From Acidimicrobiia bacterium (lineage in GTDB: Bacteria; Actinomycetota; Acidimicrobiia; Acidimicrobiales; Bin134), in assembly GCA_022819825.1 (NCBI GenBank), contig JAJEGM010000010.1, positions 2,318 through 66,317 on the forward strand: DNA of 64,000 nucleotides, written 5' to 3'. Under the pieces are notes generated by a model that saw nothing but the letters and a program-made list of their open reading frames with translations, did no database searches and was not told the origin of the DNA. Shown piece by piece: positions 45,467-55,300 of the stretch (positions are counted from its first letter, which is position 1; each line of letters begins with the position of its first letter). The translations under genes were made by a program, and so were the position numbers.

Positions 45467-47323
45467 TCAGTTCTCGATATAGGCGTTCCCGAACAGGAAG
45501 ATCGTGGCGCCAGCCCGCTGGACACCCTTGATGTTCGGGGCGAGGGCCAAGCCCTCCTCGGTCACCGAGTAGACCATGGCGGGCAGCTGCTCCGACCACA
45601 CGCACTGCACGGCTGCAATTGCGGCCCGCTGGTCATCCACGTTCGCCGCTCCGTAGAGCTCGCCCAGCGCAGCGTCCATGTCCGGGTGGGCGAAAGCCAT
45701 CCGGTTGGAGCCGCTGGTGGACAGGAGGTTGTCGTTGAGCGACGCCACCCAAGTGGCACCGTCGGCGTTGAAGCCCCAACCGGCCATCTCGTAGTCGGCC
45801 TGGATGATGACCCTGGGAATCAGCACGGTTGTGACGGGACCGAGGTCCACCTCAATATCGAAGCCGGCGGCCTCCAGCATTCCCTCTACCGCCTGGGCGA
45901 TCTCGGGTCCGGGATCGGTGTCGGCGTGGACCAGCAGCATGGAGCCGTCCCAGCCAGTGTCAGCCTTCACTTCTTCAACCAGCGCCGCGGCGGCATCGGG
46001 ATCGTAGCTCGGTGCCTGATCGGCGCATTCCTGCAACTCGGGCGACCACAGCAAGGTGCCCTCAGCAGCAATGGCGTTGGTGGTCTTGAGCTTGCCCTCG
46101 AAGGCTCGCTCGTTGATGATGTCCCGGTTGATGGCGTGGTGGATGGCCCGGCGGATCCTGATGTCCTTGCCGATGACATCGGCACCACGGACGCCCTGGT
46201 TGAACAGGAACAGCCCGCCGATGTTCTGATCCTCAGAGCTCAGAATTGCACCGGCCTCCCGAGCGTCGGCAAACACCCGGGGATCACGCAGGAAGGCGGC
46301 GTTGAAGTCGCCGGCCTGGAATGCCTCCCAGTTGGCCACCGAGCTGCCCGGGAAGGTGAACTCGATCTCCTCGATGCACACCGGGCCGCCCCAGTAGTCG
46401 TCCCGGGCCCGCAGCACGGTTCGCACGTTGGGCTCCACCTCGGCCACCTCATAGGGGCCGAAGCTGGCTGCGTTGACCAGTTCGGGGGTTACCGCCATCC
46501 GGTTGCGCACCAGTCGGGCTGCGCTGGTTTCCTCGGTGGCGTTGGCCGCCTCTTCATCCAGAAGCTGGGCGATGATTCGCGGGTTCACGATCATGCCGGG
46601 CTCGTCGCCCAAGAGCGTGTGGAACGTGCTCCACCCTCGATGGAGTCGGAATATCACGGTGCTGTCATCGGGGACTTCGGTGTTGTCGAAGTCGATGAGG
46701 CCCACCGAGCCGGCCGCCCGGTTGTTCATTCCGTCGCCCCGGGAGTCGAAGAACCGGAGCATCGAGTCGACCACATCTTGGGCAATGAACGCGTCGCCGT
46801 TGCCGTAGGTGATGCCCGAGCGGATCTTCAGTGTCCACTCGGTGAAGTCGTCGTTGGGGGTCAGCGACTCTGCCGCATGGCCGTTGGACACGCCAGCCGC
46901 GGGGTCGAACGCCATCAACACGTCCCACACGTTCACTATCTGGGTTCCGCCTACCAAGGCGCCGCTGCTGCCGGTCGGGTCCATGTTGGCGTTGGGTGAG
47001 AACACCGCGTAGTTGACCTTGGTGCCCGGCATTGTGGCTTCGCAGCCATCCATCATCTCATCTTCGGCGGGCGGCTCCTCGCCGTCGTCAGAGGGCTCCG
47101 GCGCGGCAGCGTCATCGTCGCCGTCGTCGGCTGGCGCGGGCGCGTCGTCGCCGTCGTCGGCTGGCGCGGGCGGCTCGTCACCGTCGTCAGACGGCTCAGC
47201 CGGCGCGGGCTCATCCGGGCCAGTGGTTACCCCGTCATCGTCATCGTTGCCACAGGCTGCAGCCACCAGGCCGAAGACCATCAGCAATGCCAGCAGCTTC
47301 AATAGCCATGAACTCATGTGCAT
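45467..47323 (-). CDS. ABC transporter substrate-binding lipoprotein, family 5 (peptide/nickel)
   Basis: Has a signal peptide with lipobox LVAAAC, a ~90-aa acidic Asp/Pro/Ala low-complexity linker, and then an SBP_bac_5-like body. Confidence 0.8.
   Translation of the reverse strand: MHMSSWLLKLLALLMVFGLVAAACGNDDDDGVTTGPDEPAPAEPSDDGDEPPAPADDGDDAPAPADDGDDDAAAPEPSDDGEEPPAEDEMMDGCEATMPGTKVNYAVFSPNANMDPTGSSGALVGGTQIVNVWDVLMAFDPAAGVSNGHAAESLTPNDDFTEWTLKIRSGITYGNGDAFIAQDVVDSMLRFFDSRGDGMNNRAAGSVGLIDFDNTEVPDDSTVIFRLHRGWSTFHTLLGDEPGMIVNPRIIAQLLDEEAANATEETSAARLVRNRMAVTPELVNAASFGPYEVAEVEPNVRTVLRARDDYWGGPVCIEEIEFTFPGSSVANWEAFQAGDFNAAFLRDPRVFADAREAGAILSSEDQNIGGLFLFNQGVRGADVIGKDIRIRRAIHHAINRDIINERAFEGKLKTTNAIAAEGTLLWSPELQECADQAPSYDPDAAAALVEEVKADTGWDGSMLLVHADTDPGPEIAQAVEGMLEAAGFDIEVDLGPVTTVLIPRVIIQADYEMAGWGFNADGATWVASLNDNLLSTSGSNRMAFAHPDMDAALGELYGAANVDDQRAAIAAVQCVWSEQLPAMVYSVTEEGLALAPNIKGVQRAGATIFLFGNAYIEN
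47111..47200. repeat. 30-bp in-frame tandem repeat inside the SBP linker, encoding (A)PAPADDGDD units
   Basis: GTCGCCGTCGTCGGCTGGCGCGGGCG occurs at 47117 and again at 47147. Degenerate copies flank these. Confidence 0.8.
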
Positions 47324-47443
47324 TTCCCCCTCGTGGAACTTGGTTCCGACACTCTAGGGAAATAGGACCATACGGGCAACCGAGACGCCTGGTCTCCCCT
47401 GAATAGAGCCAAGCGGTGAGAGCTGCGACATGTCTGTTTTCGG

Positions 47444-48349
47444 CTAAGCAAGAACCGAGTCGATGAACTCGCGCATGATGGCGGCGCATTCTTCAGGCTG
47501 CTCCAGCTGGAGCATGTGGGTGGCGTCGGGCAAAAAATCGTAGTCCACGCTGGATATGTCGCTGAGGTTCAGCGACGGCAGGTACGAAAAGGGCAGCGTG
47601 GGATCGGCACCGATGACCTTGACGGGACAGCGGACTTTGGCGAAGTCAATGAACACTCCGAACACGCTGGCGTAGTCGACTATCTGAGCTTCGTACTCCC
47701 GAGGGCATCGCAGCTCGAAGCCATCTCCGTCTGGGGATTCACGCAGAGTGGAGTCGGCCAGCAAGTCAATCGTCCCGGGCACCGCTGCCTTGTAGGTGGG
47801 GAATATCCCCCACAATTCGGTGAATGAGTTCTTCGCATTGAACTGATGCGAGCGGCGCCGGGTTGACTTCGCCATGCGGTTTGCGGCTTCTTCAAAGTCT
47901 CGAAAGCTCCTGCCCGGCTTGCACAGAGGGGGGTCGAACAGCACGAGTGCCGAATATTCGCTTCCCTTGGATTCGGACAGAAGGGGTGTGAGCGATGACA
48001 CCGAGTGGAACACGCCGATCTGTGCTTTCTGACCGAATTGCTCGCCGATCTCCTCAAGGATGCGGTCGTGGTCGCGGACCAGCGTCGGGACATTGTGATT
48101 TTCCAAGTCGCCGACCGCATTCCACCCATGGTTTCTCATGTCATGGACGATGAGGTCGAAGTCTTGGGTCAGGAGCGACCAAAACGGATAGTAGAGGTCG
48201 ATGGCCAAACCGTTGCCATGGCTGAGAATCAGTCGAGTTCCATCGGGGTTTCCATGGCGGCGAAGCAATATTGATGATTCATCGTCCACTTTGACTTCGT
48301 GGACGGACAGCGGCTCGGGAATACTCCAGATCGGATCTTGCTCCGTCAC
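47444..48349 (-). CDS. alpha/beta hydrolase (candidate chain-release or editing hydrolase of the PKS operon)
   Basis: 301 aa with an oxyanion-type HGNG, a nucleophile-elbow-like GVFHSVSS and a C-terminal DATHM (His). It is the last gene of the operon, starting 2 nt after the PPTase stop. The release or editing role is inferred from position only. Confidence 0.7.
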   Translation of the reverse strand: MTEQDPIWSIPEPLSVHEVKVDDESSILLRRHGNPDGTRLILSHGNGLAIDLYYPFWSLLTQDFDLIVHDMRNHGWNAVGDLENHNVPTLVRDHDRILEEIGEQFGQKAQIGVFHSVSSLTPLLSESKGSEYSALVLFDPPLCKPGRSFRDFEEAANRMAKSTRRRSHQFNAKNSFTELWGIFPTYKAAVPGTIDLLADSTLRESPDGDGFELRCPREYEAQIVDYASVFGVFIDFAKVRCPVKVIGADPTLPFSYLPSLNLSDISSVDYDFLPDATHMLQLEQPEECAAIMREFIDSVLA

Positions 48350-48351
48350 GG

Positions 48352-49056
48352 TTACGGGCTTACCTCATAGGCGATGGCGGCGGCGAACTCCCTCGTTCCC
48401 ATATCCTCCAAGCACCAAGTCGTCTCGGGGATTTGAACAAACTGGCCAACGCTCTTGGCCGCCCCCCGGCGCATGTCTTCGGGGATCTCCAATTCTGCGA
48501 CTTTCATGGAGAGGCCCTTGCCGTGGGCTTTCACCAGCGCCTCTTTGATCGTCCAGAAACGAAAGAACTCGTGCAGCTTCTGGCACCCGTCAAGCGATTC
48601 CAACTCAGCCTTCTCATGCGAGCTGAACACGCCTTCAATGAGGTTCTCGAGGTTTCGGCGAGAGGCCCGCTCCTCAACATCCACACCTAGGCGGCCCCTG
48701 GGAGCCACGGCAATCAGCCCGTGGTTGCCGCTGTGGCTCACGTTGAAGCTGATGGAAGCAGGCAGGCCGTTGACCAGGGCAAACGGCTTGCCGTGTTTGG
48801 CGGCCTCGAACCCCAGCGATTCGTTTGGACAACCGAATTGGCGGCCAAGAATGGCACGGAGCGCGGCACGGCACAGCACATACCGCCGTTGAGCGGTTGG
48901 GGATTGAAAGCGCTCCCAACGCGAGCGCTCTTCCCCGTCAAGCCACGTAAGGGCCTGGGCTTCGCGCCCCTGATCGGGGATCAGGTCGACGTGGAAGACG
49001 GCAATAGCACCGATGCTCTTGAACCGGCGCAACCAGCTATCTGAGTCGGTGATCAA
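48352..49056 (-). CDS. 4'-phosphopantetheinyl transferase, Sfp type
   Basis: Contains GKPF, FNVSHSG, GVDVEE and FWTIKEALVKAHGKG. Confidence 0.88.
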   Translation of the reverse strand: MITDSDSWLRRFKSIGAIAVFHVDLIPDQGREAQALTWLDGEERSRWERFQSPTAQRRYVLCRAALRAILGRQFGCPNESLGFEAAKHGKPFALVNGLPASISFNVSHSGNHGLIAVAPRGRLGVDVEERASRRNLENLIEGVFSSHEKAELESLDGCQKLHEFFRFWTIKEALVKAHGKGLSMKVAELEIPEDMRRGAAKSVGQFVQIPETTWCLEDMGTREFAAAIAYEVSP

Positions 49057-49295
49057 CCAGAGGATTCGAGGTGGTTGATGAGGTCTTGAGGTGTCAAGAG
49101 CTCGGCAAACTCTTCAGCGGAGATGTCGGTGCCGAACTCCTGGTTCACCATTTGCCAAAAAGCCACGATGTCTGAAGAAGCGACGCCTGCATCGGCAACG
49201 TTGCGAGACAGGTCCAAGGGCTGACCCGCTTCTCGCCCATCAATCTCCAGCGTCTGGTCGACGATGGCCCTGATTCGCTCTTCAGTGGAAGACAT
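49053..49295 (-). CDS. discrete acyl carrier protein
   Basis: 80 aa with a four-helix ACP pattern. The attachment motif reads DAGVASSD, aligned to DLGxDSLD, with Ser40 at the Ppant position. The RBS AAGGAG lies upstream, and the stop overlaps the PPTase start by 4 nt. Confidence 0.78.
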   Translation of the reverse strand: MSSTEERIRAIVDQTLEIDGREAGQPLDLSRNVADAGVASSDIVAFWQMVNQEFGTDISAEEFAELLTPQDLINHLESSG

Positions 49296-49355
49296 TCACT
49301 TGCTCCTTTGCAGCCGATTGAAAGCGGGGAAAGTGTATCAAGGGGAGCGAAAGTG

Positions 49356-52300
49356 TCAATCGTCCTCGGAGCCCCTCGACTGGGGGGGCGCTTCTACCCA
49401 GAAGCGCTGCCGCTGGAACGGGTAGTCGGGCAGCGAGATCCGACGACGCGCCTCGCCCTGGAACAAGCTCTCGAATTGAATCGCCTGCCCATCGGCATAT
49501 TCCGCCGCAATGACTGCAAGCGGGTCATGGCCGCTCTCAGGCGCCGTCACACCGCTCTGAACTCGCTGCTCGCCGACCTCATGGAGAGCGCTGAGTTGCT
49601 GGCGGAGCGACTTGGCGTCGCTGAACACCAACCCAGCCCGATGGGAGAAGTGGCTTCGCCCCATGCTTGCCGTCCACGCCAGGTCGGAGAGCAGCGGATC
49701 GGTTGCCGCACCGGCTGCTGAAAGCTCCTCAGCGTGCTCGTCGAGCCAGGAGAGATACCGCTGGGCCAGCTCTCGCAACGCCGCCGGGGTCTTGGCCGAC
49801 AACGGCAGCAGCCGTCTTGTCGGCGGCTCCGATCCCCCATCGAGCGGCGATTCCCCGGCTGCCGCGGCTTGCGGTGACCCCACCGGTTGCCACGGCCTTC
49901 TTAATCCATCGGATTCATCAGCAGTGGGTTGGTACCCCTCAACCACGATGTGCGAATTGGCGCCGGAGATTCCGAATGAGTTGACCGCGGCCAACGATTG
50001 GCGGCCCCGGTCTCCTGGCCATTCAATCGGCTCGGTGGCCACCCTCAACGGCATCCTCGCCCAATCGATCTCGGGACTCGGCTCGCTGAAGTGCAGGTGC
50101 CTGGGCAGCGTCCCATGCCTCATCCCCAGCACCACCTTGATCAAGCTGGCCATCCCGGCCGCGCCCTCAAGGTGCCCGATGTTGGTCTTCACCGATCCTA
50201 TCCATACCGGGTGGTCTTCCTCGCGCCCCTGGCCATAGACGGCGGCAATGGCGCTGGCCTCCACTGCATCGCCCATTGCGGTGCCTGCTCCGTGGGCTTC
50301 CACATAGTCCACCTCATCCGCTGAGATGCCAGCCCGGGCCAGCGCCTCCACCATGACCCGCTCTTGAGCCCGACCGCTAGGGACGGTGACGGCAAGACCC
50401 GCCCCGGTCTGGCTCACCGCCGACCCTCGGACAACCCCCCAGATCCGATCGCCGTCGGCCTCGGCATCGCCCAACCGCTTCAGCACCACAACGCCGCATC
50501 CCTCGCCGCGCACATAGCCGTCGGCCGAGGCATCAAACGACTTGCACTGCCCCTGCGATGACAGCATGTCGGCCTCGACCAGCGCATTGGTAACCGCAGT
50601 CGACAAGATGACGTTCACGCCTCCCACCAGGGCGATGTCGGTCTCCCCTCGCCGAAGGCCCTCCACCGCTTGGTGTACGGCAAACAGCGACGACGCGCAG
50701 GCCAAGTCCAGCGGCACTGCCGGTCCTTCCATGCCCAGCGAGAACGCCACCTTTCCCACGGTCACGCTTCCCGCGGTGTTGAGATGGCCTCCGGCTCGAC
50801 CGCTCCTCTGGATGACGCCCCGGTATTCGCTGACACCGAGACCGATGTACAGCCCGCTGCGGCTTCCCTTCAGACGTTCGGGATCGATAGCGGCATCCTC
50901 AACCGCCTGCCAGCTGGTCTCCAGCAATAGCCTCTGGAGCGGATCAATCGACCACGCCTCTCTCGGCGCAACCCGGAAGAACTGAGGATCAAAGGCGTCG
51001 AGTCCCTCGATGAACGAACCCCTGCGGTAGATGGCTTCGTCGGCGGCCGGATCGCCGAGGACCCCATCCCATGAACCGCCGTCTTGGCGTCCGTCGGTAA
51101 CCGTGTTCTCGCCGGCCTCCAGCAGGTGCCAAAAGGCCGATAGGTCCTCGGCTCCGGGAAACCGACAGGCCATGCCAACGATGGCGATCCCCTCGTCGTC
51201 CGACTGGACAACCCGGAGCCGGGATACCTCGACCGCTTCTTGGGGTTCGGCCATTTCGCCGGCCTGTCCGAACTCCTGGGACAAGTGCCGGGCCAGTCCG
51301 GTGACGTCCGGGTAGTCGAAGATCGCGGTGTTCGACACGGTGTACTCGCCAGCGAACGCCCGGTTCAGCCGGTTCCGCAGCTCCACCACCATCAGCGAGT
51401 CCATGCCCAGGTCGGCGAACACAGCCGATTCGTTCGGCAGGTCGGGCAACCGCATCACGGCTTGCAGCTCTCGTTGCAAGTGCGAGATCAACTTCTCCTC
51501 GCGCTCTGCGGCGGCGGCATTCCTGAGGTCGTCCAACAGATCGACCGACGATTCCTGGGATTCGCCAGAGGCATCTGCCGACAGCAGATCCTCCAAGAAG
51601 AGCGATTGGGCGTCGGGGCCTTCGGAGACCACCTGCCAGTCGACCGCCGCCACCATGCCCATGGTCACGTCTTGGCGCACCAGATGGTCGAACGCCTTCA
51701 ATCCCTGTTCGGGGGTGAGCCACCCCGTGCCCGCTGCTTCCAGCTGCCCCGCGATCCGCTCCCGGTGCTCTTCGGCCTCACCCAGACCCGACCACGCCCC
51801 CCAGGCAATCGACTGCCCGGGCAGGCCCAGTGAACGGCGGTGGGCGGCGAGCTGGTCCAGGAACGCATTGGCGGCGGCGTGGTTCGACTGCCCTGAATTG
51901 CCCAAGACCCCGGCCACACTGGAGAACAACACGAACAGATCGAGATCACGGTCTTCAGTGGCCCGATGCAGATGCCAGGCCCCCAGCATCTTCGGCCACA
52001 GCACCTCCTCGAACTTCTCCCAGGTCTGGTTGGTGAGCGCGCCGTCGGACAGCACGCCCACGCTGTGGATCACACCCCCGAGCGGCGGTAGATCGGCGTC
52101 GATCCTGGCCAGCATCTGGTCGATGGCGGATGGGTCGGTCACATCGGCCAGCTCGACTTCCACCGCCACTCCCTGTCGACGGAGCTCGCTGATTGCTTCC
52201 TCCGCCTCGGGATCGGGGGGCCGCCGCCCGTTCAACACGATGGCCCCCGCGCCTCGGCCGGCCAGCCAGCCGGCAACCGCGCAGCCAATGCCCCCTAGGC

Positions 52301-55300
52301 CGCCGGTCACCAGATAGGTCCGGTCGTCCCTCAGCCGTCCCGTCTCAAGAGGGGAACCGGCCAGAACCAGCTTGCCGATGTGCCGGGCGGACTGCATGTA
52401 TTTCATCGCCGACCCCGCCTCGGCCAACGACCACCGAGTGTGTACCAGCGGTTCCAGCTCGCCGGCTGCCACCCGGGCCACCACGCGCCTGAGGGCGTCT
52501 CCGGGCACCGCGGGATTCTGTTCTTTGAGAACGTCGAGCTCCAAGATCCAGTAACCCACGTCGGGCCGGGTCGTGGCCATCTCCTCCTGGCTGAGGATGT
52601 CCACCCGAGCCAGCTCCACAAAACGGCCGTTTTGGGCCAAGCAAGACAGGCTGGCGTCGATGAAGCCCGGGCCGGTCAAGCTGTTGAGCACCACGTGGAC
52701 GCCCTCGCCCCCGGTGGCCTCGAGGATTTCCTCCGCGAAATCGGTCTGACGGCTGTCGAATACGTGCTCCACGCCCAGCGACCGCAGATACCCCTGTTTC
52801 GGAGCGCTCGTGGTGGCGAACACCTCGGCCCCCGCCGCCTGGGCCAACTGCACCGCGGTCAGCCCTACCCCTCCGGTTCCGGCGTGGATTAGCACCCGTT
52901 CGCCTGCCTTCAGTTCGGCGAGATCGAAAGACAGCGCAGACGTAACAAAGACGGTGGGCAACGTGGCCAGCGCGGCGGGCGAAATGCCCGAGGGGGCCAG
53001 TGCCACCAACTCCTCGGTGGTAACCACCCCAGAGCCCAGCGTGCCGAACCCCAATCCGGCCACTCGGTCGCCCACCGATACCGTGGACACGTCGGCGCCC
53101 ACCTCAACCACCCGGCCGCAGAACTCCTCGCCCAACAAGCCCGCCCCGATGACGCCCAACGAGCGGAACATGTCCAAGAAGTTGAGCCCGGCGGCTTCCA
53201 CCGCCACTCGTACGTCCCGCTCTCCCAACTGCACTGGCGGGTGAGGCTCTGGCTTGACCCCTTCCAGGGCACCGCCAGAGTCAGCGGCCAGCAACCAGCT
53301 CACTTCTCCCGCCGGATCAGGCAGATTCGGGCGACCCGACCCCACACCAGCCCGATCCAGCCGGGCCGCTTGGCGCAGTCCTTGGCGGTAGGCGATGTGG
53401 GTTTCTGCATCGGGATAGAACAGCTCATTGGCCAAGTCGGAGAGCGGCACCACACCGCCAGGATCCAAATCGATCATCCTGGGGTTGAGGTGAGGCGCTT
53501 CGCGGCCCACCACCTTCCCAAGGCCCCATAGCATGGCCCCGGCGATGCCCTCGGCGGGCTCGTGCTCCAGCACTTGGGCCCCCTGGGTTACCAGCCAAAC
53601 CCCGTTTGTGGGAGCGGCGTCGGCATCACCCATCCCCTGCAACAAGGCCAGCGCGCTCTTGCCTGCCTTCGCTGCGTCTTCCGCAAACTGCTCAGTGGCG
53701 GCCCGCGACCCCCGGCCGTCCAGCGACACCAAGTGGACAACACCGCGGAGTGAGGCATCAGGAGAAAGACTTTCGAAGAATGACTGCCACGACTCCCGTT
53801 GGTTCATCGCCAGGGAAACCCGGACAACTCCGGGCTCGTCCAGCAGGGGCTGATCATTGATCGGAGCGCCGTAGCTAACCAGCGCCACAGTCTGGTTTCG
53901 GGCCGCCAACTCCTGCGCGAGGTTCTCGGCCGAATCGTCAGAATCCGATGCCAAGATCCATACGCCTGGCTGTTCGCTCACCTCTGCGGGCCCCTGGGCC
54001 ACAATCACCCCGCGATCAGGCTGTCGGCCGGTGTCAGGTGGGTCCACACCCAGAACCTCTGCCGCCGGGAAACCGGAGTCTTCCAGCGCCTGGAGCCACA
54101 CGTCGGGACTGGTAAGGGCGTGGTGCGGGCGATAGTGGTCAGAAAACCGCCACCAACCGTCGAGCGGTCCGAAAGAAAGGTCCAGCCAGCCCAGGCCGCG
54201 GAGGGTTTCCAACGCCACCAGATGGCCCGATGGCGCGAGCAGCCGTCGACAATTCCCCAGCGTCTCATCCAGGAACCGGGTGGCGTGCAGCACATTGGAA
54301 GCAATGACCAGGTCGTAGCCGTGGCGGTCGAAGCCCTGCTCCACGGGTTCGACCTCGATGTCCAGCACCCGGTAGTCGATCGACTCCTCCGCACCGCCGA
54401 ATCGCCTCTCCGCCTCGGCGAAAAAACCGGCCGAGATGTCGGTGTAGGTGTAGTCGAAGCGCCCAGCGGGAAGCTCGGGCAGCACCGACGCCGTCGCAGA
54501 ACCGGTGCCCGCTCCCACCTCCAGCACGCGCAGCCGTCGGCCCTCCGGCAACTCGGCCAGCAGCGCTGCCACCGCGTCGCCCAGCATCCGGTTTGAGGCC
54601 TGGGCCATCGGCGCCTTCACATACAGATCGGCGGCGCTGGGCTCACCGCTGCCAAACAGCAGGGTCAGCGGATCGGCGTTGCCCACAACCACCTCGGCCA
54701 ATGCCCCGGCGCATCGCCGAAACAGCCCGATCTCCATGGTTCCGTGCGGGTATTGGCCCTCCATCCAGTCGGCCCGGGCCGCCGGATCGCCGGCCAGCAC
54801 CTCGGGCAGGGGGTCATCGGAGCCGGCTCTCACGGTGAACTCGTCGCCGACTTCCTCCAGCGCGCCGGCTTTGGCCATCATCTCGAGCATCCGGCGGAAC
54901 AGGCGTCCATGCTCGGGGGCAACCCCCAACTGCTCCCTCAGCTCTTCGGGCACCACCGTGTCGCCCGCGGTGCGCACCCACCCCAGCCGATCCAAGGCCA
55001 AACGGGCATACGACCACGCCAGCCGCTCGAGATCGGCCAGAAACCCGACCCGGCTCTCGGCCTCAACCCCCTCTGCCGCCAGGTACTGGGTGAACGGCTC
55101 TGAGCCCGCGGCAATGGCACTCGGTTGGGGCAGGAAATCGGCGGGCAATATCCCTGGGGCGAGAGGGCTGTCTCGCCAGACGATTTCATAGAGGAGATCG
55201 TCGAGGCTCCCGGCGGCCGACAACAGCGCGGCCCGCGTGGCCCGCTTCACCGTATAGCCGCTCAAACCCCCGAGCACGGTGCCGCTCTGGTCGTAGAACA

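Noticed and set aside
47382-47396. Hairpin GAGAC-GCCTG-GTCTC between the PKS-operon hydrolase and the SBP gene, considered as an operon terminator.
   Set aside because: The stem is only 5 bp and no U-tract follows on the transcribed (minus) strand. This is insufficient for an intrinsic-terminator call.
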